Under the pieces are notes generated by a model. That model searched no databases. It had not been told where the DNA came from and saw only the letters and a program-made list of their open reading frames with translations. Of a DNA stretch of 62,649 bases, positions 18,411 through 28,542 are shown piece after piece. The position numbers and the translations under genes were made by a program. Position 1 is the first letter of the stretch. Every line of letters begins with the position of its first letter. Origin of the DNA: a virus (lineage: Duplodnaviria; Caudoviricetes); IMG/VR virus record IMGVR_UViG_3300017708_000776, positions 1 to 62,649 of that record. One strand, given 5' to 3'.

Positions 18411-20116
18411 TACATTTTACTAAAGTTTCTTTCTTTTTTGAACTCGATTTTGTTTTCAAACTTGCCATCCAATATATCACCTTTGTGAGAAATTACAAAT
18501 ACATTTGTGTCCTCACCTAGTGTATACAATATCTTTAGTAGGTTTTCCACACCTTCGTGATCAAGTGACGAATCAAATGTCTCGTCAAGTATCAGTAAGT
18601 TAGTTGCTACTGAATTCTTCATCTTTGCAATCTGTCTCCAAGTAAACAACAAGGCCAAGTCGATACGTTGTTTCTCACCTTCACTGAATGAGTCGTAGGT
18701 AAATGCGTCTCTGTGTCTTGAACGTATTGTCTCTGCGAATGACTCATCTAAGTTAAAGTGTACAAAGAAGTCTAGGGTTTGCAAGTATTGGTTTGTAAGT
18801 TGATTGATTGCAGGTAGATACTGTTTTATGATCTTGGTTTTGATCCCAGTATCTTTCAACATTTCCATCATCACAGCATTGTAGTTGTGTTGTTCTGATG
18901 TTTCGAACTTACTCTCCATCATAGATTGCTTATCTTGTTTCATAGTCTCGCAATCTTCTTGTGCGGCAGATAGATCTGCAGTCACCTCTTTATCTAAGAA
19001 CTTCTGATACTCACCAATAGTTTTCTGTAAGGATGAGATCTCCTTGTTGTTAGATGTAATTTGTGTAAACTTGTCTCTGAGAGATTTAAGAGTTTTGTTT
19101 GTCTCAGATATCTGTGTCTCTACCCACACTCCCTGATCACCTATAGACTTCTTCATAGATGTTAGAGACTTTGCTTCGTGTTTACATTCTTCTAAATTAC
19201 TTTTACGCAAATCATCTGCAAGTTCTTGTTTACATTCTGGGCATGTGTCGTTCTCATCATAGAACTTTGCACGTTTACCTACACCAGACATCTTTGTTTT
19301 AATGTCTTGACTCTTGAGTAACAAGTCTTGTTTTCTATCTGACAAACTATTTAACGAATCTTCGGTAGACTTGATATCCTCATCAAGACCATCACTCAGT
19401 TCATTGTTTTGAATTTGGATACTATCTATTTCTGACTGAGAGGATTCTATTCTCTGTTCATATTCTTTCTTATTATCCTCTGTTAGTGATTTGATGTCAC
19501 GTATATACTTCTCTTGCGTCTCTATCTTATTGTTGTAGATGTCAATCTTGTAGTTTAGATCCTGCAGTTTATCCTTGACAATGTTCTGCTTTTCCTTTAA
19601 GATAGTATTCATCTTAGAGAACACATTGATGTCCAGAAGATCCTCTATTACATCCCTGCGATGTCCACTCTGAAGTTGCATAAAGGGAATAAAAGAGGAG
19701 GAACCCAATACTACGACCTGATGAAAGGACTTGTGATTCAGTTTGAGAATGTTTTGTTCAAGGATCTTCTGGTACTCTTTGGCATGTGATGATTGATTTA
19801 TCATCAGGCCATTCTTGTGTATCTCAAATACATTTGGTTTTATACCTCGTGTAACCACGAAGTCATTGTCGCCTATAGAAAACTTAACAATAACCAACGT
19901 GCCTTTACCGTTGATCGAATTGACCAACTGAGACTTAGTAATATTTCTGTGAGGTTTACCGAATAGTGCAAAGGATATAGCATCGAGCATAGTGGACTTA
20001 CCTGCACCATTATGTCCGACAACCAAAGTACTCTTTGACTTATCTAAATCAACTGTTGTCCACTTATCACCTGTAGACAGAAAGTTCTTCCAGTTTACCT
20101 CTTTAAATCTTATCAT
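18407..20116 (-). CDS. 46: Recombination nuclease ATPase subunit gp46 (Rad50-like)
   Basis: GHNGAGKS, CPEC zinc hook, FSEGEKQR, LILDE. Confidence 0.96.
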   Translation of the reverse strand: MIRFKEVNWKNFLSTGDKWTTVDLDKSKSTLVVGHNGAGKSTMLDAISFALFGKPHRNITKSQLVNSINGKGTLVIVKFSIGDNDFVVTRGIKPNVFEIHKNGLMINQSSHAKEYQKILEQNILKLNHKSFHQVVVLGSSSFIPFMQLQSGHRRDVIEDLLDINVFSKMNTILKEKQNIVKDKLQDLNYKIDIYNNKIETQEKYIRDIKSLTEDNKKEYEQRIESSQSEIDSIQIQNNELSDGLDEDIKSTEDSLNSLSDRKQDLLLKSQDIKTKMSGVGKRAKFYDENDTCPECKQELADDLRKSNLEECKHEAKSLTSMKKSIGDQGVWVETQISETNKTLKSLRDKFTQITSNNKEISSLQKTIGEYQKFLDKEVTADLSAAQEDCETMKQDKQSMMESKFETSEQHNYNAVMMEMLKDTGIKTKIIKQYLPAINQLTNQYLQTLDFFVHFNLDESFAETIRSRHRDAFTYDSFSEGEKQRIDLALLFTWRQIAKMKNSVATNLLILDETFDSSLDHEGVENLLKILYTLGEDTNVFVISHKGDILDGKFENKIEFKKERNFSKMY

Positions 20117-21174
20117 GCAATTTCCAGTGCCTGTGCTTCAGTCATGAGTTCTCGCATCTGAATCTTAATCTTATCTTTGTCCAGATCCGTATCTACACCA
20201 TCAACGTATGAATCTACGATCTTTGGTGTATCATCAAACTCCATGTTATCATCATGTACATTTTCACCTGTGAACTCTTGAAAGTTCTCTGCAATCTTTA
20301 GTTCGTGTATATTCTCGTTTTGAATACGGTCAATAAACCGATCAAATAAAAATGTGTCTTTCTTATTGACAACCACAACCTTCACAAACTTCTGTGCACA
20401 CTGTGATACGTCATAGTTATTATAGTCTATTTTGTCGTCATTGTAAAGCACTTTATGAAATAAAGTATGTGGATTTAGAATCTTTTCCACTTCTCTAGTT
20501 TCTGTATCTATCACATGGAAATACTTTTTGTCATGTGCGTCAGACCAGAAGAACTCCATCTGTGATCCAAGATACCATATGTTATCCTGTTGTGATCCTA
20601 CATGGAAGTGACCAGTCAGTACCTTCTCAAACTTAGAAAAGATCTTACGATCCATACCATGTATGTTCTTGATACCACGCATCATTTCGAAACCATCTAG
20701 TTCAAGATGTGCACCACACCAATCAGCCTTACAGTTCTTAATGAACTTCATAGTATCGTCATAGTTCTCTTGGTTGATCCAAGGGATCATTGCCATCTTG
20801 AGAGATCCATACTCCATGACTGTGGGTTCCATAATGATATGGATCTCGTTCATGTAGTAACCAAGTAGTTCTTTCAGAGAATTTAAATCATTTGTATTTT
20901 TGTAATACGTGTCATGGTTGCCTGGGATAATATCCATTCGCATACCAAGTTCACGCATAGGATCTAGAAATGATTTACGACTATGGTTCTGTGCCTTAAA
21001 GTTCATGAACTTACGATTATCATAATAATCGCCAAGGTGAACAATTTGTTTGATATCATTGTCTTTACAATAAGGGAAAAAAACTTTAGAGTAAAAATCA
21101 GCAGCATTATTAAGAAAAATATCAGAACTATTTCTAGTACCACAGTGAGTGTCATTTAATACCGCAACCTTCAT
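20113..21174 (-). CDS. 47: Recombination nuclease gp47 (Mre11-like)
   Basis: DTHCG, LGDYYD, GNHD, GHFH. Confidence 0.96.
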   Translation of the reverse strand: MKVAVLNDTHCGTRNSSDIFLNNAADFYSKVFFPYCKDNDIKQIVHLGDYYDNRKFMNFKAQNHSRKSFLDPMRELGMRMDIIPGNHDTYYKNTNDLNSLKELLGYYMNEIHIIMEPTVMEYGSLKMAMIPWINQENYDDTMKFIKNCKADWCGAHLELDGFEMMRGIKNIHGMDRKIFSKFEKVLTGHFHVGSQQDNIWYLGSQMEFFWSDAHDKKYFHVIDTETREVEKILNPHTLFHKVLYNDDKIDYNNYDVSQCAQKFVKVVVVNKKDTFLFDRFIDRIQNENIHELKIAENFQEFTGENVHDDNMEFDDTPKIVDSYVDGVDTDLDKDKIKIQMRELMTEAQALEIA

Positions 21175-21767
21175 TTAAGAAAGTCCGACAAGTCTGAGTC
21201 AGCATGTACTGCACGTTTCTTTCTTTGTTTTTCTTCTTTAGCAAATGCTTTCACTTCTGTATCCTGTGTTCTTACTTTGTCTATACGATCTCTGAGTGTG
21301 TCAACAAAAGATCCAACCACATTCATTGCGTAGTCATCACTCATGTCACCATCAACAAAACTTTCTATTCCAGATCTTGTTAAGTATTTTAATTTAATGT
21401 CTTGTTGTTTTTTCTCTTTGGCAATCCTGCGTAGAAACGCATACCATGTTATTTGTGTAAAGTATGCAAACGCATTTGGTTTACCAGTTCGGGTTGCGGC
21501 CTCTATGTCGTAGTTCTCTACTGCTTTCAAACAATTTTCAACTGCATCCATGACCATTTCTTCGCGGTATGTGTAGCGAATAAAATTAGATTTGTGAGAC
21601 AAACCTTCAGCGATACTAAGAAAACACTGAGCTATATAATTTGGTACTACTGGAAGAGTTTTACTTGCTTGCTTTGCTTCGTTAACTGTTTTGACATAAC
21701 TGACAACTGCCTGAGAAAAATCAGCGTTATTAACGTAGTGTTCGCTTTTTCTATTTTTTCGTGGCAT
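21171..21767 (-). CDS. 55: Late sigma factor gp55
   Basis: HYVNNADF, YTYREEMVMDA, NAFAYFTQI. Confidence 0.96.
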   Translation of the reverse strand: MPRKNRKSEHYVNNADFSQAVVSYVKTVNEAKQASKTLPVVPNYIAQCFLSIAEGLSHKSNFIRYTYREEMVMDAVENCLKAVENYDIEAATRTGKPNAFAYFTQITWYAFLRRIAKEKKQQDIKLKYLTRSGIESFVDGDMSDDYAMNVVGSFVDTLRDRIDKVRTQDTEVKAFAKEEKQRKKRAVHADSDLSDFLK

Positions 21768-21789
21768 TTCAATTTCCTTTCATAACTAT

Positions 21790-21818
21790 ATTATACCAAA
21801 AATATAAGGTAATGTAAA
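21790..21818 (-). promoter_or_regulatory. sigma70-type promoter for gp55
   Basis: TTTACA-N17-TATAAT with TG extension. Confidence 0.75.
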
Positions 21819-21853
21819 ATGTTATTTTTTTATTTCAAACATAAAAATAATGC

Positions 21854-21882
21854 TTGACAGAATCGTAAAATAGGTGTATAAT
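21854..21882 (+). promoter_or_regulatory. Perfect-consensus sigma70 promoter on the non-coding strand
   Basis: TTGACA-N17-TATAAT with AT-rich upstream tract; no plus-strand gene follows. Confidence 0.7.
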
Positions 21883-21912
21883 TAATATGCGCCTTTAGGA
21901 TAGGGGGGAATA

Positions 21913-22404
21913 CTAGTGTATCTTATCTGAGGGCGGGAAGAGATGTATGATGTTTGTGTCTCCCGAATCAAGATCCATTTGGGTTTCTAACAACCTATCC
22001 TCATAAAACTTTTCTTGTAAGTACTCTGCAATCTCATCTCTCGACATATCTGTTGTGTCCATCATGACTTCGTCTATGTTAAGACTTCGTTTCCCCTTCA
22101 TATCCTGAGATTCTAGAATGATGTCGAGGGCGTTTTTGAAATGTAACTTGAGTATGGAAGAGGGTGTCGCCTCACCGAGAATGTGATCTGGATTGATTGC
22201 ACTTAATTCATTTATATCCTCTTGGAATGAAACCCAAGGTTTGAATGAATAATACCTGACATTCTGATCGAAGTCTTCCGCATGAAATACTTTTAAGATC
22301 TTACGAGCAATGATATCTCCATTATGGTTATCAGTCTCATCGACATCCATAACCTCACAAACAATCTCATCGTTGTTAGTTAATTTAAATTGTCTTAGTT
22401 TCAT
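21913..22404 (-). CDS. Hypothetical protein between uvsW and 55
   Basis: 163-aa ORF, KLTNNDEIVCEV N-terminus, ATGA overlap with uvsW. Confidence 0.75.
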   Translation of the reverse strand: MKLRQFKLTNNDEIVCEVMDVDETDNHNGDIIARKILKVFHAEDFDQNVRYYSFKPWVSFQEDINELSAINPDHILGEATPSSILKLHFKNALDIILESQDMKGKRSLNIDEVMMDTTDMSRDEIAEYLQEKFYEDRLLETQMDLDSGDTNIIHLFPPSDKIH

Positions 22405-23891
22405 AGATCTATCACTACCGTTTTACAATTGAACTGTTCTTTTTTATATATTTTTTCTCGTTCTTCAGAATGTAATAGAGAATAATTCCTTCTCTTCATC
22501 CAACTAATATCATCACTAATATCATACAATGTGGTTTCCCTTCCATCATCACTTTTTCTTAGGCCTCTACCAATAGATTGCAACACTCTAATTTGTGATT
22601 TGCTAGGTGATGCAAAGATTATATTGTGTAGGTTTCTTATATTTATACCTGTGGAAAACGTACCGAGTGATGCAACCACAATTGCATTATCCATTCCTTC
22701 TACGATACCTCGTATTGCTTCCCTGTCAGATGTATTAGTTTCACCAGATACAAAGTATACTTTTCTGTCTTCTGCTTTGTCTCTTATTAAGTTATGTATA
22801 GGTTTACCATGTTTGTCAACATAATTGAATAATACTAGTGTGTTACCTTCTAAGTCTAGTGCTAGGTTCCTGATAAATTTATTCCGTTTTTCGTGGCCAA
22901 CGATAAAGTCAATTTCTTCTTGGTAGGTTTTTTTCCCGAAAGTTTTACGTAACTCTCGTCCATATGAAAGAATGAGTCTCCTGATAGTGAGCGGGGCAAG
23001 AGTATCGTTGTCCTGTAATTGCTTCGTAGTGACGACTTTATATATCTTCCCGAATAGTCCTTGTAAAACCAACTCATGCGTTTGTGATCCATCTAGTGTT
23101 CCTGTTGTTCCAAATCTATATTCTGCTTCTGTACATTTGTTCATTATGTTCATCAATGACTTTGACTTGAACCCATGCACCTCATCACCAAAGACACACC
23201 CAAATTGTTCGAACCATACTTTAGGCATTTTGTAGATAGATTGCCATGTAGATATCACGATTGCGGAGTCAACTGCTTTGTCTTTACCAGAGTATATCTT
23301 ATGCATCCCACCTTCAGACATACCATAGTTTATAAAGTCACTGTGCATCTGTTCTACCAATGAAGTAGTAGGAACAATGACCAATACTCTACCACCTTTA
23401 GGATATGACCGACCATCAGTCAACATTGCCAACCAGAACCTTGCAAGTGCATAGATCATATATGACTTACCAGAACCTGTCGGTGATAATAGAATTGCAC
23501 GTTTACGAACCAACGCCTCTCCCACTGACTGAAACTGATAGTCTCTCAATGGGAATGGTAAATCTAAATCATTTAAAAATTCAGTAAGAACTCTGGGTTT
23601 GATGTGAGTTCTATCATCTGGTTTACCGTATTGACTTTCCTCTGCTAATAGGTTATACTGTCTCTTGTCAGAGAACTCCAAAAGATGATAGTACAACCCA
23701 GCGGGTAGTGTACGTTCTCTTAGTGTGAAGAGACGTATCTTTCCATCCCACAATTTATTGCGGAATGCAGGCATGAACTTGTAGCCAGGCACAAAGAACG
23801 AAAAGTATTCGTTTAGTTCTTGCGCTGTACCACTGTCACATTCAATTTGTAAATCGGAATGGTTTAGTTTCCTGACTCGAATTGCTTCCAC
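22401..23891 (-). CDS. uvsW: UvsW helicase
   Basis: SPTGSGKS, DEVH, QSIGRGLR. Confidence 0.96.
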   Translation of the reverse strand: MEAIRVRKLNHSDLQIECDSGTAQELNEYFSFFVPGYKFMPAFRNKLWDGKIRLFTLRERTLPAGLYYHLLEFSDKRQYNLLAEESQYGKPDDRTHIKPRVLTEFLNDLDLPFPLRDYQFQSVGEALVRKRAILLSPTGSGKSYMIYALARFWLAMLTDGRSYPKGGRVLVIVPTTSLVEQMHSDFINYGMSEGGMHKIYSGKDKAVDSAIVISTWQSIYKMPKVWFEQFGCVFGDEVHGFKSKSLMNIMNKCTEAEYRFGTTGTLDGSQTHELVLQGLFGKIYKVVTTKQLQDNDTLAPLTIRRLILSYGRELRKTFGKKTYQEEIDFIVGHEKRNKFIRNLALDLEGNTLVLFNYVDKHGKPIHNLIRDKAEDRKVYFVSGETNTSDREAIRGIVEGMDNAIVVASLGTFSTGINIRNLHNIIFASPSKSQIRVLQSIGRGLRKSDDGRETTLYDISDDISWMKRRNYSLLHSEEREKIYKKEQFNCKTVVIDL

Positions 23892-24310
23892 TTAATTATA
23901 TTACCTATTGTCTGATGTCGCCAGTTAAGATTATTTATAATCTCACTTAACGTCTCAATCACAGTCTTGTAATACTCTATCTTCTCTTCAGACTTCTGTA
24001 TCTCTGGATCTGAATTGTAGTAGTGTTCCATTTCACCTTTGAGTATCTTTAGACCGTTAAAAGGATCTGGTTCCCAACCTTTCTCTTCTAACTCTTCTTG
24101 AGACATCTTTCCATTGTAATATAACCACTTGTCTTTCAATAAAGACTTCTGTGCAAACTCTGCACGTTTCAACATGAGTTTTGTTTGGGATAAAATTTCT
24201 AGATACTTGGCATGTAACGTAGGAGTCACACGTGATGATTCATCAAGTCGTATCTGATTTATTTCGCAGTCCTTAGACCACATTTCATGTATTTGTTTCA
24301 AGTCAATCAT
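23864..24310 (-). CDS. uvsY: UvsY recombination mediator
   Basis: LHAKYL, KWLYYNGK, IGNIIKWKQFESG. Confidence 0.92.
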   Translation of the reverse strand: MIDLKQIHEMWSKDCEINQIRLDESSRVTPTLHAKYLEILSQTKLMLKRAEFAQKSLLKDKWLYYNGKMSQEELEEKGWEPDPFNGLKILKGEMEHYYNSDPEIQKSEEKIEYYKTVIETLSEIINNLNWRHQTIGNIIKWKQFESGN

Positions 24311-24316
24311 AAAGTT

Positions 24317-24345
24317 ATTATATCACAATATTTGTATAATGTAAA
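24317..24345 (-). promoter_or_regulatory. sigma70-type promoter for uvsY
   Basis: TTTACA-N17-TATAAT with TG extension; -10 ends 6 nt before the ATG. Confidence 0.75.
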
Positions 24346-24350
24346 GTTAT

Positions 24351-25829
24351 TTATGCCGCCGCACCTGAAGCACCACAAGTATATGTTGACCTATATTCTA
24401 GATCTCCAAAATCTTGACCATTACTTAGAGTATCCATAGTGATGTACTGAATTTCATTACTTCCACCATTTGTTATGCCACCAAATTTTGTACCTCTTGT
24501 TGCATTATTTGCTGACCCTGAAAAGTATTCACCATATCCATTGTTGTTTAACTGGTTTGTTAATAAATTACCAAATGCAGTTGCGTTGCTTGGAGTCTGA
24601 ATTGAAATATATTCAATTGCAGTATAGTCATTTTCTGTACGACCCCAGAATATTCCTCTATCTCCAGCTCCTACTGCAGTACCAGCTATACCAGTTCCTC
24701 CATTCCAATCACCAAAATCTTGAGCAGTTGTCATAGAAACATTAGACCAATATTGTATTTGATAATCTGATGCACCTGTGTTTCCACCACGAACAACTCT
24801 ACTATTATCTGTCACATTACCATTTTGTGCACAAGTGGTCTGCAAAGTACCAAAACTTGTGGCATCGCCTGGAGTATCTATTACAATTGTTTGAATAGTA
24901 TCGACATATCCACTGTTAGCATTTCCTCCAGAGTGGAATCCATATGCTCCTGAGTGTATTCCATCTGCTACAGAGTTTTCGGTAAGCAGATCACCACCAA
25001 AATCAGTAGCAGTAGCTGGAGTTGCTATTGTTATTATTTCTATTTCAGCATTTCTATATGTTGCTGACCTAGGCCCGCCCATGAATACTGCTTTAGTACC
25101 ATTACTTAATGCAGTATGACCACCATCTTCATGAGTTGATATCAAACCACCAAAACCTGTTGCATTACCTAGTGTTGCAATATCAAATTGACCAATGTCA
25201 GAACCAGTGCCAGACTTAATGTTACCAGCATAAACAGCCCTATCACCATACCACACACCACCACCTCCACCTGCAGGATTATATTCAATAGTTACTGCTT
25301 TGGTAAGAAAATTTACACCATCAGACCATTTAAATGTGTAGATAAAGTCTCCGTTAGAGTCTGTTAGATTACCTGCAGCGACTGCAGTTCCAATTTGAAC
25401 TTTCGTTTTTGGAGTGAATGTCCATACTGAAGAATCATTAGATATAGTTGCCATGTATTGAGCTGAGTCAGATGCAAAACTCATATTTATTATGGATGCA
25501 TCGTCCGAGTCTAAGGCCTTAGCAGTTACTACGAGAGGAGTTGCAGAATCTACAATACTATATGATGCATCTGGTTCAGTGTCCCAATACGGAGCAAAAG
25601 AACTTTGTACCATATCTATATTGTACCAACCATTACCCTCACTAAAATATAATTTTTGTCCGACTAACGCCTTAATTCCTACGGAAAGACCTGTCATAGG
25701 TAGAGAGTCTAATGTGTCATAAACAGCGACAGGAGTAGGAGTGGTTATTGCACTTATCGCCGCAGAATCTAATCCAGCAGTACCTTGTTGTTCTTGTTTA
25801 TTCTGTCTCTGATTGCTTAGTCTTGTCAT
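24351..25829 (-). CDS. Fibre/appendage-like paralogue 1 (shared stem + FGDL-repeat head)
   Basis: TLDSLP...GNLTDSNGDFIYTFKWSDG module; GNAxxFGxL repeats. Confidence 0.7.
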   Translation of the reverse strand: MTRLSNQRQNKQEQQGTAGLDSAAISAITTPTPVAVYDTLDSLPMTGLSVGIKALVGQKLYFSEGNGWYNIDMVQSSFAPYWDTEPDASYSIVDSATPLVVTAKALDSDDASIINMSFASDSAQYMATISNDSSVWTFTPKTKVQIGTAVAAGNLTDSNGDFIYTFKWSDGVNFLTKAVTIEYNPAGGGGGVWYGDRAVYAGNIKSGTGSDIGQFDIATLGNATGFGGLISTHEDGGHTALSNGTKAVFMGGPRSATYRNAEIEIITIATPATATDFGGDLLTENSVADGIHSGAYGFHSGGNANSGYVDTIQTIVIDTPGDATSFGTLQTTCAQNGNVTDNSRVVRGGNTGASDYQIQYWSNVSMTTAQDFGDWNGGTGIAGTAVGAGDRGIFWGRTENDYTAIEYISIQTPSNATAFGNLLTNQLNNNGYGEYFSGSANNATRGTKFGGITNGGSNEIQYITMDTLSNGQDFGDLEYRSTYTCGASGAAA

Positions 25830-26676
25830 CTTTTCTCTCTATCAGACTCACAATATCTGTATTAGTGATGTCTGTTTTACCAAAAATACGTTCAGTTGTT
25901 TTGTCTGCCTCTTTATAGTATTTATCTGCCATTGCATCTAAAAACTCTTCAAGATGATTTGAATGTGGAATTTGTTGTTTTGAAATTAATTCGTTTACAA
26001 CTGCTATATATCCTTGTACTTCTACAAATCCCACCTGTGGATGGACACCATATTGTTGCATGTACTCAATAGTAGAAGTGCTTGCACGACCACCGTCCAT
26101 TAAATTACGATACATTAGTTCGAACGCACGTCTTACGTGGTGTTTCTTTTCTGATTCCTCAAACTCTTCTTCTGTCCAGTCTTCAACTCCAAAATTTTCT
26201 TTTAAATTATTATATGCAGTAATCAATGTTGCAATGTCTTTGAAAGAACCGTTTATCTTACTTTCCATTGACTCTATACCAACAAATGCTGCACGTAGTT
26301 TTGCCTGTGCAATTTTGTTGTCTGGTTCCAAGAATACCTTTTCTTGTAACTTGTCAATATTCTTTAATGCTTTCGCATGACTTACTTGCGCCTCTGCAAG
26401 TGCCATTTTACGTTTCTCAGTTTCCGCAAGAACTTGTCGTAACATTCTGTGAGGTGAGTGACCATTCAACATGGTCAATGACATCATTGATAATGTAGAC
26501 TGAGAGTTATTCCTATCAAAGAACTTTGTTTTCTCATCAAGTTCTGGTAGGAACTCGTTTACTAATGCAACAGCCTGTGGATTGATCTTACTCTTAGATA
26601 CTGGAGTAATTCCAAATGTTATTGGATCTGTCGCTTTTAATTCTGTACTTGTTTCTTTTTTTACTATATCACTCAT
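25798..26676 (-). CDS. Hypothetical helical/coiled-coil late protein
   Basis: 292-aa ORF directly behind a TATAAATA late promoter. Confidence 0.75.
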   Translation of the reverse strand: MSDIVKKETSTELKATDPITFGITPVSKSKINPQAVALVNEFLPELDEKTKFFDRNNSQSTLSMMSLTMLNGHSPHRMLRQVLAETEKRKMALAEAQVSHAKALKNIDKLQEKVFLEPDNKIAQAKLRAAFVGIESMESKINGSFKDIATLITAYNNLKENFGVEDWTEEEFEESEKKHHVRRAFELMYRNLMDGGRASTSTIEYMQQYGVHPQVGFVEVQGYIAVVNELISKQQIPHSNHLEEFLDAMADKYYKEADKTTERIFGKTDITNTDIVSLIERKDDKTKQSETE

Positions 26677-26703
26677 AATATATCCTAATGTAAATTGTCT
26701 ATC

Positions 26704-26711
26704 TATTTATA
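26704..26711 (-). promoter_or_regulatory. T4-type late promoter
   Basis: TATAAATA. Confidence 0.75.
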
Positions 26712-26721
26712 TCATTCCTTA

Positions 26722-28539
26722 TTACACTTGCCACAATACAAATTGACCTGAATTTCTATCATTTGATTGATTTTCACCTCTACCATGCTGTGTAGATAAT
26801 TGAATAGAAGATGCGTTTATATTAGCATTTGTAAAATCAGTCGCACCACTAGCAGCTGCAACATATGCCATAAATTTAGTTGTGTCCCATGTACCATCGT
26901 AGTCGTTTTCATAATCATATGAATTACCTCTACGATTTAAATTCTGCGTCCCATTTCCGATATCTCCTTGCACGATTGTGGCATAGGTTAAATCTGCATA
27001 ACCAGATCCACCACCACCTGTACCACCGTCAAATCCGCCGCCGCCTCCGCCGCCGCCTCCACCGTAGTAACCACCGCCACCACCGCCACCAGCGTCATAT
27101 TGCGAATCAGATCCTTGACCACCGTTATATAACGTACCTTGATCACCAGTTCCATGATACGAATTACTTCTAGTCGCAGCTCTACCACCTGCAGTAGTAG
27201 TTGCTCTTTCACCCAAACCGTTATTCGTGGGATTTGAATAGTTAGCACCTATACCTGCACCATCATTCCACTGCATGTATTGACCATTACTTCGTCCTCT
27301 CGCCCCATCTTGATTAAATCCACCACCACTACCACCAAAATCATTGTTTGCGGCGCCACATCCGCCACCACCACCAACAATAGCAATTGGAGTGCCAGGC
27401 GCAAAGTTTGGTGCGGTATAAGGTAATGAGAAGGAAGAATTATAAAATAATCCTGTTAGACCACCACCTGAACTAGAGAATGAGTAAGTGGCACTACTTG
27501 TATTAGTATGTGATTCTCCTCCTTGACCACCACCAAACGTTCCGCCAGGCGCAGTTCCCCCTTGGGCTGAAGGAGCAGTACCCACACCACCACCACCTGC
27601 GAATATTGTCATTGATGTGACTCCAGACGGTACTGTAACTTGTACAACCCCAGTTCCACCATTACCACCAAAAGCACTTCTATAACCAGTGCCACCGCCT
27701 CCACCTATCATTGCAATATAGAATGTTCCGCCAGGGTTAGTAGTTAAGTCCACCTTTGATCCATAATTTACACCTGATCCCACAACGTCTGTTAAACCAC
27801 CACTCCAATAAAAAGTCGTACCAGTAACAGATGATGTAAATGAACGCAAGGCCTGACCAGTAACAGAGGCACTTGACTGACCAAATGCCATTAGATCTTC
27901 AGTCAGACCGCCACCCACAGTAAACCCTACTGGAGCAGCTGCTGGACTATATGATATGGTTGCTGCTTTGGTAACAAAGTTTATACCATCTGACCACTTG
28001 AATGTGTAAACAAAATCACCATTAGAGTCAGTTAGGTTACCTGCGGCAACTTCTTGACCAATGCTATCTGCACTCTTTGGAGTAAAAGTAAATACAGATG
28101 AGTCTGACGTAATGTTTACCATATACTGCGCTGAGTCAGTTCCAATACTTTCATTTAATAAATTTATGTCTGAATTATCGGAGTCTTGTGCTTTCGCGGT
28201 AACAATCAGAGGAGTTGCAGAATCTGCAATAGAATATGTCGCATCTGGTTCTGTATACCAAGTTGGTGTCCTGTTGACAAAGGTTAAGTTATACCAACCT
28301 GTGCCGTTTGAGATATATAATCGATTGTTTTCATTTACAAACGCTTGTTGACCTGCATTCAAACTACTAGTAGGAAGACTGTCTAGTGTATCAAACACTT
28401 GAGTACCAGACGAAGTGTTGTTTCCAATACTAACAATATCTGCAGAATCTAACAAATTTACATTTGTAAGGGCAGAGTTATCAATTTCACCAGTAGGGGT
28501 GACTAACTCTGCCATTCTTCGGTTGATACTTTTTGTCAT
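26722..28539 (-). CDS. Fibre/appendage-like paralogue 2 (shared stem + glycine-rich head)
   Basis: Same N-terminal module; C-terminal GGGG-rich domain. Confidence 0.7.
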   Translation of the reverse strand: MTKSINRRMAELVTPTGEIDNSALTNVNLLDSADIVSIGNNTSSGTQVFDTLDSLPTSSLNAGQQAFVNENNRLYISNGTGWYNLTFVNRTPTWYTEPDATYSIADSATPLIVTAKAQDSDNSDINLLNESIGTDSAQYMVNITSDSSVFTFTPKSADSIGQEVAAGNLTDSNGDFVYTFKWSDGINFVTKAATISYSPAAAPVGFTVGGGLTEDLMAFGQSSASVTGQALRSFTSSVTGTTFYWSGGLTDVVGSGVNYGSKVDLTTNPGGTFYIAMIGGGGGTGYRSAFGGNGGTGVVQVTVPSGVTSMTIFAGGGGVGTAPSAQGGTAPGGTFGGGQGGESHTNTSSATYSFSSSGGGLTGLFYNSSFSLPYTAPNFAPGTPIAIVGGGGGCGAANNDFGGSGGGFNQDGARGRSNGQYMQWNDGAGIGANYSNPTNNGLGERATTTAGGRAATRSNSYHGTGDQGTLYNGGQGSDSQYDAGGGGGGGYYGGGGGGGGGGFDGGTGGGGSGYADLTYATIVQGDIGNGTQNLNRRGNSYDYENDYDGTWDTTKFMAYVAAASGATDFTNANINASSIQLSTQHGRGENQSNDRNSGQFVLWQV

Positions 28540-28542
28540 ATC

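Noticed and set aside
27010-27085. GC-rich ccgccgcc run as a repeat element
   Set aside because: It simply encodes the polyglycine tract of the Gly-rich head
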